Part shown: piece after piece, positions 18,884-28,137 of the stretch | Position numbering within the stretch: the first letter of the stretch is position 1 | Layout: each line of letters begins with the position of its first letter | Source of the DNA: Candidatus Wolframiiraptor sinensis | Lineage (GTDB): Archaea > Thermoproteota > Nitrososphaeria_A > Caldarchaeales > Wolframiiraptoraceae | DNA: 45,845 nt | Direction: 5' to 3' | NCBI GenBank assembly: GCA_023261815.1 | Contig: JALNKA010000006.1 | Span: forward strand, 1 to 45,845 | Translations under genes and position numbers: made by a program | Notes under the pieces: model-generated | The model's input: the letters and a program-made list of their open reading frames with translations, nothing else | Databases searched by the model: none | Told to the model about the DNA's origin: nothing

Positions 18884-19710
18884 GTAAAAAGGGGATGGTG
18901 GGGAGGGGCATTTGGACAGCCCTTCACCTGCCTCAAGCTTCTCACCACTCCCTTGCGGATTTTCAAAATTACGATCACAGGCTTCATCAGGGCTTTTATC
19001 CTGCCCCTCCGCCCGCATCGGCGCCATTGATTGTCCTCAGAATACCCAGTAGCCTCCTCAACACCCTCTTCTCATCTCTCGCCTTCGGCGGAAAAACATT
19101 TCTCTCCTCCTTCAATATGGTGGCTGTCAACGCGTTCAGGCATCTCCTAGCACAGCCGCTATAACGCTTCCTATATTTCCTTGGGATCTTCTCCATCGCA
19201 TTCTCGACGATCTCGCCGCGAACCTCCATTAACCGCATCCTCATGATCCTCGATCTCATCCTCGAGGTCTATCCCGAGCAGGTGCCTCTGGCGCAATCTC
19301 AACAGCTCATCGGCCAGCGCCCTCTCCTTCATCAATAATGGCTTAAACTCCACGTCGAGAGGCGTGATCTCCTTGAAATGGCGATCTCCCCTCCAGCTTT
19401 AGAGCCCCGGAGCAGATCCTCACCAGATATACCTCGTCGGGATCACAATACTCCCTTATCAGCGCCACTCTCTAGCCCTCCTCTCCGACTCCTCATCCTC
19501 CTATGCTCCTCCAGAACCCTTCTCTGAACATCATCCGGGTATAATGCGTAAATGTGCCCGATCCACTCGGATGAGGATGGGCTCCTATTAATCCTCCCGA
19601 CCACGAGGATCCTGCTCCAATACGCTCATCTCAGCCTCATGGATCGAGATGACCCCTCCTCACGCCTATAAGGGCTCGCGGACAAGCCCCACTTTCAACC
19701 ATCCCCCAAT
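18880..19710 (-). mobile_element. Decayed IS110/Nop-domain-like element, copy 1 (pseudogene plus downstream structured RNA)
   Basis: Interrupted frames from ATG 19640 (early in-frame TGA, frameshifts), a coiled-coil piece (FKEITPLDVEFKPLL...IVENAMEKIP), then KYRKRYSGCARRCLN...LRRLLGIL shared with 33923-34204. Upstream boundary uncertain. Confidence 0.65.
18902..19010 (-). ncRNA. Putative dual-guide RNA, copy 1 (9-mers CGTAATTTT at 18965-18973 and GAGAAGCTT at 18935-18943)
   Basis: Nested stems GGAGGGGCA/TGCCCCTCC, GGAT/GTCC, AGCCCT/AGGGCT, GCCTG/CAGGT; conserved with copy 2 except in the 9-mers and loops. Confidence 0.72.
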
Positions 19711-19727
19711 ATCTCGTTAGGAAGGCC

Positions 19728-19961
19728 ATGGATGCCGGGCTTGGAGAGGCCAGAATAGCCAGAATAAGGGGCGTCAAGGGCAGGGGAATATTCTTATACA
19801 ACGTTTATCCGCCAACGATACCCGACATATACGCCATAATAGTCAAGCCGAGGAGAGACCTGGAGATAAAATATCCCTGTGAGGTCAGGATGGAGGATGG
19901 AGCGATAATAGTGATAGATAGGGAGAAAATCCAGAAAATAGTGTCCAGAGAAGGGCCCTAG
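19728..19961 (+). CDS. Small hypothetical protein
   Basis: 77-aa ORF with typical codon usage in an otherwise empty interval. Confidence 0.55.
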   Translation: MDAGLGEARIARIRGVKGRGIFLYNVYPPTIPDIYAIIVKPRRDLEIKYPCEVRMEDGAIIVIDREKIQKIVSREGP

Positions 19962-20197
19962 AAAGGAATCGTAGCAAGAGCTCTACCAAATCTTTCGCAC
20001 ATGCATAAGTTTGCCCCCGAGAATCTCGTTAAAGATTCGGAGAATCCTCCCAGATGAAACTTTCCTTTAAGAGATCGTCCGTCGCCCTTTCTCTCACCGG
20101 CTTTTACCAAAGGATGCTCACCCGCGATCTGCTGGCCTGCCTCTTCCCTCCCACCGGATTTTCGCCTAAACGGCGTGCATCCTCGAGGCCGGGATCC

Positions 20198-20665
20198 CTA
20201 CTTGCCTGCTGGTTGACCCCCTTTGCCAGCTTGCTGGGCTTCGGAGAGTCTCCTGTACAGCGCCTCGACGAGCCTCCTGAGTTCATTAGCCCTCTGAGCA
20301 TAGCTCGCGAGCGCCTCCTCCCTGGTCCGCAAAGCCGCGTTAAGGTTTTCCATTCTCCGCTTGATGAGTTCGATGGCCTGATCGAGGGGCTGCTTAACGA
20401 TCACTCCAGCCCCCAAGCTGACGTGAACCTCCTTGATGCTCCTTACCTCCGCTTGAATCAGGTTTCCGCCGCCTATCGGGATCAACAGGTTGGAGGCCGA
20501 GCCCCGCGCCCTCAGCTCCTCGAGAAGATCGAGGGCGTTCTCGTGATCGCTCAAAACCGCCCTCAAGGCCGCGATCGAGCTCTGAAGCTCGCTCAAAGCC
20601 CTTTCGAGAACCTGGAGCTCCGCCACCGCCCTAGCCAGCTGCTGCTCAAGAGCCGGCGCGCCCAT
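20198..20665 (-). CDS. pfdA: Prefoldin subunit alpha
   Basis: Coiled coils flanking LLIPIGGG...VHVSLGAGVIVK; likely start MGAPALEQQ at 20665. Confidence 0.92.
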   Translation of the reverse strand: MGAPALEQQLARAVAELQVLERALSELQSSIAALRAVLSDHENALDLLEELRARGSASNLLIPIGGGNLIQAEVRSIKEVHVSLGAGVIVKQPLDQAIELIKRRMENLNAALRTREEALASYAQRANELRRLVEALYRRLSEAQQAGKGGQPAGK

Positions 20666-20735
20666 AAAACCTCGACAAGCGAGCAAGGTCGAGGTGACTA
20701 TATATACTGTTCCATCGCAGCCGAGATCCCGGGAC

Positions 20736-21083
20736 ATGAGAATCTCCGAGGCTCAGATGAGGATGCTCGAGTTCGAGAGGGCGCGTGGATGGAATAGGTT
20801 CGCGGAGTCCCAGATCTTCACACACCTCATCGAGGAGATTTCGGAGATCGGGAGGCATATACTCGTCAGGGAGGGGTATAAGGTACGGGGCTTGGGCCAC
20901 GAGGTGCCGGAGGACGATGTTGCTAGGGAGTTCGGACAAGCATTCTCACTCCTCCTCCAGCTCGCGAACAGGCTAGGAGTAGACCTGGAGAAGGCGTTCT
21001 CAGAGGAGATAGATAGGATGGAGAAGAGATTCGACCCGGAGAAGTGGAGGAGCTACTTAGAGAAGGGTTTGAGCCGCGGCTAA
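20736..21083 (+). CDS. MazG-like nucleotide pyrophosphohydrolase
   Basis: HLIEEISEI...EFGQ...LANRLGVDLEKAF; likely start 20736. Confidence 0.85.
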   Translation: MRISEAQMRMLEFERARGWNRFAESQIFTHLIEEISEIGRHILVREGYKVRGLGHEVPEDDVAREFGQAFSLLLQLANRLGVDLEKAFSEEIDRMEKRFDPEKWRSYLEKGLSRG

Positions 21084-21671
21084 GGCGCCCCTCCTCGCCT
21101 CAGCCAGGGAGTCGCCTCCAGCAATCAGGATCACGTCTCCATCCACGGGCCCGAGCTCGCCGACAAGCCGGGACGCGAAGTCGGGCTTCTCCGCCGAGAG
21201 ATCCGAGACGCCGGGCATCAGGAGCCTCCCGCCGAGATACGTCAAGACCATCAGAGCTCTTGCGCCAGCTTTAATCGCCTCATCCCTCTGCTCAAGCCCT
21301 CTGGCGACCCTGCCAGCAGCCCCGTGAACTATCACCGCGTAGCTCGCCGGATAGCTCCATGGAAGCCCCGACCTCACGGGCCCAGCATCCTTAAGCCTCC
21401 TTTCCAGCTCGCGGAAAAGCTCCTCGCCCTTCTCGCTGAGAGCGCATCCACCCCTGCCGATAACCCTCACGAGGGACTCAGATCTCAGCCTCTGAATGAG
21501 CGTTCTCACAGCGCCCTCGCCCAACCCCAGGAGCTCCGCGAGCTTCTTCCTCCCAATCGGCGCCTCCCTCCCTATCACCAGAATGGCCTCGAGAAGGTGC
21601 AGGCTCTGGAAGCTGGGTCGTGGGCCGGGAGAGGCTGAGGCGATGGAATCCAGGAAGCGCTTCAGCTCCAT
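21057..21671 (-). CDS. Winged-HTH protein (DUF4443-like, CggR-type N-terminus)
   Basis: PIGRKKLAELLGLGEGAVRTL, GLEQRDEAIKAGA. Confidence 0.8.
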   Translation of the reverse strand: MELKRFLDSIASASPGPRPSFQSLHLLEAILVIGREAPIGRKKLAELLGLGEGAVRTLIQRLRSESLVRVIGRGGCALSEKGEELFRELERRLKDAGPVRSGLPWSYPASYAVIVHGAAGRVARGLEQRDEAIKAGARALMVLTYLGGRLLMPGVSDLSAEKPDFASRLVGELGPVDGDVILIAGGDSLAEARRGALAAAQTLL

Positions 21672-21713
21672 TCCGGTAATAGGTTTGAGCGCTCCCGGAG
21701 TTAAATCCCTTGC

Positions 21714-22625
21714 CTAGCGCCTGCCGAGGATCAGCGACTTAACGAGCTCCCTCGTGAAGGGCTCGAGGTCATCGAGGCCCTGACCCGTCCCCACGAAGAT
21801 TATCGGCTTTCCCGTCACATAGCTTATCGAGATCGCGGATCCTCCCCTGGCATCCGCATCGAGCTTGGCGAGGATGACATAGTCCACGCCGACGTATTCA
21901 TCGAACCTCTTAGCCTGCTCGACGGCGGCGTTTCCGGCGAGCGCGTCGCCGACATAGATGACGAGATCCGGGCCCACGACCCGCTTAATCTTCCTCATCT
22001 CCTCGAGCAGGTTATGATCCACCTCCGTTCTGCCGGCCGTATCTATGAGGACGGCCTGCACTCTGCTCGCCCTAGCGCTCATCACGGCGTCCATCGCGAC
22101 CGCTGCCGGATCCGCTCCATACCTCTGACTGACAACCCTTATGCCGGCGGCCCCAGCGAGCCTCTGAAGTTGCTCGATGGCTCCAGCCCTGAAGGTGTCC
22201 GCGGCGGCTATCAGGCACCTGAACCCGTGCCTCTGGAGAAATCTCGCGAGCTTGACGACCGTCGTAGTCTTCCCGCCGCCATTAGGCCCCACGAAGAGTA
22301 TCACGAAGGGCTCGCCGCTCGAGGCCTTCTCGCGAATCCTCTTCAGGAGATCATCGGGGGACCCCTCCCTAATCACCGAGTCGAGTATCCCGGCCATGAG
22401 CTCCAGCATCTCGCCCCCGCCATCCCCGAACCTCTTCACCCTGATTAGCCTGAGCCTCTCGGCGAGCTCCTCCCCGAGCTTCTCAGCCACCTCAACAGCG
22501 ACGTCATTCGATATCAGAGCGAGCTTGAAGTCCTCGGCATACGCCTTTATCTCCTCATCCGAGAGCTTCCGGGTCTTAAGCGCCTCGGCAACGCCCTCAA
22601 GAGCTCTTCTGATGCCGTCGAGCAT
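21714..22625 (-). CDS. ftsY: SRP receptor FtsY
   Basis: GPNGGGKTTT, DTFRAGAIEQL, DTAGR, KLDADARGG, GTGQ. Confidence 0.96.
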   Translation of the reverse strand: MLDGIRRALEGVAEALKTRKLSDEEIKAYAEDFKLALISNDVAVEVAEKLGEELAERLRLIRVKRFGDGGGEMLELMAGILDSVIREGSPDDLLKRIREKASSGEPFVILFVGPNGGGKTTTVVKLARFLQRHGFRCLIAAADTFRAGAIEQLQRLAGAAGIRVVSQRYGADPAAVAMDAVMSARASRVQAVLIDTAGRTEVDHNLLEEMRKIKRVVGPDLVIYVGDALAGNAAVEQAKRFDEYVGVDYVILAKLDADARGGSAISISYVTGKPIIFVGTGQGLDDLEPFTRELVKSLILGRR

Positions 22626-22632
22626 CTCCCCC

Positions 22633-23301
22633 TCAGGACCTCCTAGCCTCGGACGCCATGGCGCTAACCATTATCCTACCGGCCAGGAGCATGTCCTCGA
22701 TTGAAAGAAAGTATCTCGCAGAGTAGTTGAACATGAGGTTAGCCTTCGGCTCAACATACTCCTCCCTCTTACCGGCCCAGAGCTGTATGAGAATCCTGAC
22801 CCTCGGCAGGAAGTTGAAGGAATAGCTGATTCCTCCCAGCTTCTCCCTTCTACCGCCAAGCCTCCTGCACGCGGCCTCATACTTCTCGGAGTCGTAGCCG
22901 AAGGTCCTCGCGAGGGGCCTCACCACGTATCTGTCGAAATAGCTCCGGTAAAGCTTCCCCCTCGGAAAGTCCGTGAACTGGGTCCAATCCTCCTTCCTCC
23001 CAACGCCGCCCGAGGATGAGAGATACCTGAGAATGATGTACGCTGTTTCGAGGGGCGCGCTCTTGCCCGCTATCAAGTCCACGACCTCGCCCTCATCAAG
23101 CTCGACCGAGTAAGTCCGCGTGAGCAGGTTCACTATGTATCTCCCGCGCCTGCCGCCGGGCCTGGGAGGCTCGAGGTAGATGACGCCGCAGCGCTTGGCA
23201 ACCTGGTCGCCATCGAGCTTCACGAGCTCTTGGAATATCCGCTTGCACTCCTCCTCACTCGGCTGCATCAGCCTGCTCCAGGAGCTCATTCTCGGAGGCA
23301 C
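22633..23301 (-). CDS. DUF3786-like protein
   Basis: ILRYL...W..F..FP.G.LY...F, FLPRVRILIQLW, ANLMFN..A..FLSIED pattern. Confidence 0.75.
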   Translation of the reverse strand: MPPRMSSWSRLMQPSEEECKRIFQELVKLDGDQVAKRCGVIYLEPPRPGGRRGRYIVNLLTRTYSVELDEGEVVDLIAGKSAPLETAYIILRYLSSSGGVGRKEDWTQFTDFPRGKLYRSYFDRYVVRPLARTFGYDSEKYEAACRRLGGRREKLGGISYSFNFLPRVRILIQLWAGKREEYVEPKANLMFNYSARYFLSIEDMLLAGRIMVSAMASEARRS

Positions 23302-23407
23302 CAGCCCAGGCTGAATTCCTCAGAGAGCCTTATTTTGGTTTTGCTGACAATCCGGCGTGCCAATCGTTATATTGGGCGCATCCCAATCACGCTCGAGGAG
23401 CTCATTC

Positions 23408-24253
23408 ATGCCGCGCGAACCCAAACTCCAGACTATATTCGAGATAATATCCGTGGGATATGAGCTGCTCGACGGCAGGGTCGTCAACACTAATGCGAGC
23501 TGGCTCGCCGGGCAGATAAGCTCCCTCGGCGGCAGGGTCTCCAGGATAACCGTCGTCGGCGATGACGTGGGCGAGATAAGCTCAGCGATAAGGGAGGCGA
23601 TGAGAAGAGGGGCGGACTGGATAATAACTAGCGGAGGACTCGGGCCCACCTATGACGACATGACGCTCCAGGGCGTGGCCAAGGCCGCCGGGAGAAGGCT
23701 CGCCCTAAACAGAAGGGCTCTCGAGATGATAAAGAAGCGGTATGAGGAGCTCGCGAGAGAGGGCGTGGTGGAGTCGGCCGAGCTGACGCCCCCGAGGATG
23801 AAGATGGCAATGCTACCGCGGGGAGCCAAGCCCCTCGAGAACGAGGTTGGAACAGCTCCAGGAGTGCTCCTCAGGGCCGGAAGAAGCTGGATAGTCTGCC
23901 TGCCGGGAGTCCCGAGCGAGCTCCAAGACATATTCCTGAAGAGGGTTAAGCCGATCCTCGAGAAGAAGATTAAGAAGATAGTGTCAGCTGACAGGTGGAT
24001 TCACGTGAAGGGCGTTCCCGAGTCTGTGCTAGCCCCGAGGATCGATGAGCTGAGAACCAGGGCTCCAGGCCTTTACATCAAGTCGCATCCGGATAAGAGG
24101 GAGGGCACATCATTCATACGAGTCTACTTGAGGATTATTGGGAGGAGGAAGCAGGCTTGCGAGAGAGTTCTCGACGAGATAGAGGAGAAGCTGATCAAGG
24201 CGGTTAAGGAGCTCGGCGGAGAGATCCTGAAGCCGGAGGGTGAAGCTGGTTGA
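23408..24253 (+). CDS. CinA-N-terminal/MoCF-biosynthesis domain protein
   Basis: EIISVGYELLDGRVVNTNA, TSGGLGPTYDDMT, GTAPG, LPGVPSE, YIKSHP; start 23408 preferred. Confidence 0.88.
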   Translation: MPREPKLQTIFEIISVGYELLDGRVVNTNASWLAGQISSLGGRVSRITVVGDDVGEISSAIREAMRRGADWIITSGGLGPTYDDMTLQGVAKAAGRRLALNRRALEMIKKRYEELAREGVVESAELTPPRMKMAMLPRGAKPLENEVGTAPGVLLRAGRSWIVCLPGVPSELQDIFLKRVKPILEKKIKKIVSADRWIHVKGVPESVLAPRIDELRTRAPGLYIKSHPDKREGTSFIRVYLRIIGRRKQACERVLDEIEEKLIKAVKELGGEILKPEGEAG

Positions 24254-25299
24254 GCGCGTGGAGCGAGCTCGACGCGGGCTCGAATGACCCCCAACGAAAA
24301 GCCTTCAAGATCATAGCGGACTACATTCGCGATTTCAGACGCGGCCTGGAGGATGGAAGAAGTACGCGCATCAGCGCGAAGCAGGTAGAGAGGATCATCT
24401 TTCTCGGGATCGGCGGCTCCGGTATAATCTGCGATGTCGCCTCCAAGATCCTCTCGAGAGGCGGCGTGAAGACGGCTGTCCAAAGAAGCTATGGGCTTAA
24501 AAGCCTCGACTGGGATCTCGCGATAGCCGTAAGCCACTCCGGAAACACCGCCGAGACCATTAAGCCCGCGATGAGGCTCATCGACGCAGGAGTCCCATGC
24601 ATATTCGTGACGAGCGGCGGAGCGCTCATGAAGCTCGGAGAAAAGTACGGGGTGCCGGTAGTCCCGGTCCGGGGAGACGTCCCTCCGAGATACGCTTTCC
24701 CGAGCATGCTCGGCGCCACGCTGGGGGTGCTCGAATCGCTGGGCCTCATAAAAATTGACCTCGACTACAGAGCGCTGGAGTATCATCGAGCTGGATTGAG
24801 CGAGGTCGTGCCATCCGAGAATAATCCCGCGAAAAGGCTCGCGGAGAGAATAGCATCATCTCTCCCGGTGATCTACGCGTATGAGGATGTCAGGGAGGCG
24901 GGTTACAGGCTTAAGTGCCAGCTAAACGAGAACGCGAAGATGTACTGCTGCTACGCGGAGTTCCCCGAGGCTCTTCACAACGACTTGGAAGCATTACCGG
25001 ATAACGCCATCATAATCGTGCTGAGGAGCATCAAGGAGCTGCCGGAGATCTCGAGGACTATAGAGGCGCTCAGCGCGCTCATAGGTGGCGAGAAGATAAT
25101 CTCCGTGAAGGTGGATGCGCGGGATGAGGTGGAGGAGCTCCTGAAGCTCTTCATATTCGCTGATTACGTCTCACTCTACGCCGCAACTCTCCGCGGAGCG
25201 GATCCGCTCTCGGTTCCGCGAATGAGCGAGCTGAAGAAGCTGAACCCGGTTTATGGCGAGGTGCTGGGAGAGGTGGAGAGGAAAATTGCAGGCTCTTAA
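24250..25299 (+). CDS. Bifunctional phosphoglucose/phosphomannose isomerase
   Basis: GIGGSG, SHSGNTAET, TSGG, PPR, QLNENAK, PEALHN. Confidence 0.9.
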   Translation: MSAWSELDAGSNDPQRKAFKIIADYIRDFRRGLEDGRSTRISAKQVERIIFLGIGGSGIICDVASKILSRGGVKTAVQRSYGLKSLDWDLAIAVSHSGNTAETIKPAMRLIDAGVPCIFVTSGGALMKLGEKYGVPVVPVRGDVPPRYAFPSMLGATLGVLESLGLIKIDLDYRALEYHRAGLSEVVPSENNPAKRLAERIASSLPVIYAYEDVREAGYRLKCQLNENAKMYCCYAEFPEALHNDLEALPDNAIIIVLRSIKELPEISRTIEALSALIGGEKIISVKVDARDEVEELLKLFIFADYVSLYAATLRGADPLSVPRMSELKKLNPVYGEVLGEVERKIAGS

Positions 25300-25849
25300 G
25301 ATCCTCGCGAGAAGGCTGAAGCTCTCCCTCGTGATAGCGGCGATATTCATCGGATTTATGCTCGCGGGAATATTCTACCCCATGAGCGACGAGGAGGGAT
25401 GGGAGATCCAGAAGAAGCTCGAGGAGCTCGGCAAAAATAACCTCGAGCTCGAGATCTTCTCCAACAACATGATGGTCGCCCTCACCGGCATGATACCATT
25501 CGCCGGGCCGCCGCTCGCTGGTTACATAGTATTCAACACGGGAAGGTTTCTCGGCTGGACCTCGGCCCAGCTCGAGATACCGGCCGACATAATGATCGCC
25601 ATGACGCTCATCATCATACTCCTGACGGGCTACGGCATCCTCGAGTTCATGGGCTACGGGATAGCGGTCGCCGAATCCCTCACGATCTCCTACTACATCA
25701 TCGGCAGGAGATGGCTCCTGAAAAGAGAGCTGAAAATGCTCCTCCTAGCAATCGCGCTCTCAGCGCTCTTCCTAGCGCTCGGAGCTGTGATCGAGGCAGC
25801 GCTAGTAAGAAGCTTTGGCAGCCTAATTGAATCAGCTGGAATGATTTGA
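25253..25849 (+). CDS. SpoIIM-like (DUF95) membrane protein
   Basis: IFSNN, IPFAG, GILEF, AVIEA motifs; multiple TMs. Confidence 0.8.
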   Translation: MARCWERWRGKLQALKILARRLKLSLVIAAIFIGFMLAGIFYPMSDEEGWEIQKKLEELGKNNLELEIFSNNMMVALTGMIPFAGPPLAGYIVFNTGRFLGWTSAQLEIPADIMIAMTLIIILLTGYGILEFMGYGIAVAESLTISYYIIGRRWLLKRELKMLLLAIALSALFLALGAVIEAALVRSFGSLIESAGMI

Positions 25850-25857
25850 GGGATGCG

Positions 25858-25974
25858 CGCCGGGGGTGGGATTTGAACCCACGCGCCCCGCACGAGGGGC
25901 ATCGGCTATCCCGGCTCTGACCAGTCCTCCCACGATCTCGAGGCCGACCCACTACCTGGCTATGGGACCCCGGC
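25858..25974 (-). tRNA. tRNA-Ser(CGA) with 29-nt 37/38 intron
   Basis: Acceptor GCCGGGG/CCCCGGC-G, stem TCGGC/GCCGA, CT-CGA, long variable arm, BHB central helix CTCG/CGGG. Confidence 0.9.
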
Positions 25975-26033
25975 TCTCAGAAAATCTACCAGCATAGATT
26001 ACTATTTGGCACTTTCTCCGGGGTTAATGAGAA

Positions 26034-26147
26034 TGGCGCCGGGGGCGGGATTTGAACCCGCGCGGCCCCGAAGGGCCACGGGCTATCTCCCGAGAAGGGC
26101 ATACTCGGCTCAAGGCCCGCGCCTTTTCCTGGCTTGGCTACCCCGGC
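26034..26147 (-). tRNA. tRNA-Ser(TGA) with 24-nt 37/38 intron and encoded CCA
   Basis: GCCGGGG acceptor, stem CGGGC/GCCCG, CT-TGA, long variable arm, TTCAAAT loop, 3' GCCA. Confidence 0.9.
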
Positions 26148-26199
26148 TCAGCTCATGCTGAATCAGCCCTAGCTTTATTGTTTCCGACCTGGGTCGGAG

Positions 26200-27531
26200 T
26201 TATTTCGAGCCCGGCTCCCAGCTTCTCAGGTATCTCGCCTGCTCCTCGGTGAGCTCCTCTACTTCGGCTCCCATGGACTCGAGCTTGAGCCTCGCGACCA
26301 GCTCATCGAGCTCCCTCGGAACATCTAGGACGCCTATGGGCAGCTTTCCCCGATTACTGGCGAGGTACTCGGCGGAGAGTGCTTGGAGGCTGAATGACAT
26401 GTCCATCACGTCGCTTGGGTGGCCCTCCGCGCAGACGAGGTTCACGAGCCTGCCCTCGCCCAGGAGATAAAGCCTCCTTCCATCCTCCAGCACATACATT
26501 TCAACGCACGGCAGGATTCTCTCCTTTCTAATGCTCATGGTCTCGAGATCCCTCTTATCTATCTCGACGTCGAAGTGGCCCGCGTTCGCCAGGATCGCGC
26601 CATCCCTCATGAGCTTGAAGTGCTCTCCCCTTATCACGGAGATGTTCCCAGTTGCCGTTATGAAGAGCTCGCCATGAGCCGCCGCCCTCTTCATGCTCTC
26701 AACCGCGAAACCATCCATGAGCGCTTTCAAGGCCCTTATCGGATTCGCCTCGACTACCGTAACCCTCGCACCCATCCCCCTGAGCCTCTGCGCTATGCCA
26801 GAGCCCACATTCCCATAGCCGGCCACCACGACGTCCCTGCCGGCGAGGAGCATGCCCGTGGCCCTGATCACGCCGTCGAGAGCCGACTGGCCTGTGCCGA
26901 TCGGGTTATCGAAGAGCTTCTTCGACTCGGCATCATTCACGGCCACGACCGGGTATAGGAGCCTACCCTCCCTTGCGAGAGCCCTCAGCCTTAGAACGCC
27001 GGTAGTCGTCTCCTCGCATCCGCCGATCATCCCGCCGACAAGCTCCCGCACATCAAGATCACCGATGACGGGCCTTACATACTTGAGCTCCTCGGACTCC
27101 ACGCTATAATAGAGCTTGTGTATCGTCGAGATCAGGTCGGCCCCATCATCTATGGTGATCTGCGGCTCATCAGCGAGAACGCGGCCTATGCACTCATAAT
27201 ACTCCCTCACCGTCTGGCCCCTGAAAGCATAAACCCTGGTCCCGCGCGCGGCGAGGGCCGCCGCCACATCATCCTGAGTGCTCATGGGGTTTGATGCGCA
27301 GATGCTCACCTCGGCACCGCCTTCCTCCAATACTTCGACGAGGATCGCGGTCTCGGTCGTGACGTGGAGGCAAGCCCCTATCCTCAGCCCTCTTAGCGGT
27401 TTCTCCCTTCTAAATCTCTCCAAAATTTTCATGAGGACCGGCGTGAAGTTCTTGGTCCACTCTATCCTCCTCTCGCCGACCTCGGCCAAGCTCGGATCCC
27501 TAATCCAGCTCGCCCCCATCATCAGCATCAA
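26200..27531 (-). CDS. ahcY: S-adenosylhomocysteine hydrolase family protein
   Basis: CLHVTTET, SNPMSTQD, DDGAD, EETTTG, NAGHFDVEID, EGRLVNL, GHPSDVMD. Confidence 0.96.
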   Translation of the reverse strand: MMLMMGASWIRDPSLAEVGERRIEWTKNFTPVLMKILERFRREKPLRGLRIGACLHVTTETAILVEVLEEGGAEVSICASNPMSTQDDVAAALAARGTRVYAFRGQTVREYYECIGRVLADEPQITIDDGADLISTIHKLYYSVESEELKYVRPVIGDLDVRELVGGMIGGCEETTTGVLRLRALAREGRLLYPVVAVNDAESKKLFDNPIGTGQSALDGVIRATGMLLAGRDVVVAGYGNVGSGIAQRLRGMGARVTVVEANPIRALKALMDGFAVESMKRAAAHGELFITATGNISVIRGEHFKLMRDGAILANAGHFDVEIDKRDLETMSIRKERILPCVEMYVLEDGRRLYLLGEGRLVNLVCAEGHPSDVMDMSFSLQALSAEYLASNRGKLPIGVLDVPRELDELVARLKLESMGAEVEELTEEQARYLRSWEPGSK

Positions 27532-27645
27532 ACAAGCCTATTCGCGGAATTAAGTCTTAGAGACGCGGCATGATATTGCTTGACCTCCTCCAGCTCGAGG
27601 ACGGCGTGCTAGTTTATTAGCTGCCGGTGCGCAGGTAAGCTCGTC

Positions 27646-28089
27646 GTGGAATTGAGCTGGGAGGAGCTCATCAGGACCAAAGAAGGCTATCTCAAGATCC
27701 TAGATGAAGTCTTCTCGGCACTCCCGAAATCCGCCAAGAGCGCCGGTGATAGAATGATAATCCTGAACCCCGAGATACTCCATGAGAGCAGGAGAACTAT
27801 CGTGACGAACTTCAGGGATCTGGCCGATAAGCTTAGCAGGGATCCATCGCATCTCGCGAAGTTCATCGCGAAGGAGTCGGGTAGGCCGAGCTCGATCGAG
27901 GGCGAGAGGCTGATAATCCAGGGCAGGCTCTCCCTCGAGGAGCTGAGGAAACTCCTAGAACTTTACGTCAAGGAGTTCGTGAAATGCCCGATCTGCGGCG
28001 GCCTGGACACGAAGATTACATCCGAGAAGAGGCTTAGATTTCTCGTGTGCGAGATCTGCGGCGCCAAGAATCCCGTTAGAAAGCTCTAA
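27646..28089 (+). CDS. eif2b: Translation initiation factor aIF-2 beta
   Basis: TIVTNF, RDPSHL, YVKEFVKCPICGGLDT...CEICGA zinc ribbon. Confidence 0.93.
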   Translation: MELSWEELIRTKEGYLKILDEVFSALPKSAKSAGDRMIILNPEILHESRRTIVTNFRDLADKLSRDPSHLAKFIAKESGRPSSIEGERLIIQGRLSLEELRKLLELYVKEFVKCPICGGLDTKITSEKRLRFLVCEICGAKNPVRKL

Positions 28090-28137
28090 AGGTCGGAGAA
28101 TTTTTAAGAGCGCCCCGGGCGGAGATTCACGGGAGAA

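Noticed and set aside
18915-18992. Hammerhead ribozyme (CUGAUGA...GAA) in the repeated RNA
   Set aside because: GAAG instead of GAAA, copy 2 has CUAAUGA, and the flanking strands pair directly with each other, leaving no stem III or cleavage triplet. A k-turn-like reading fits better.
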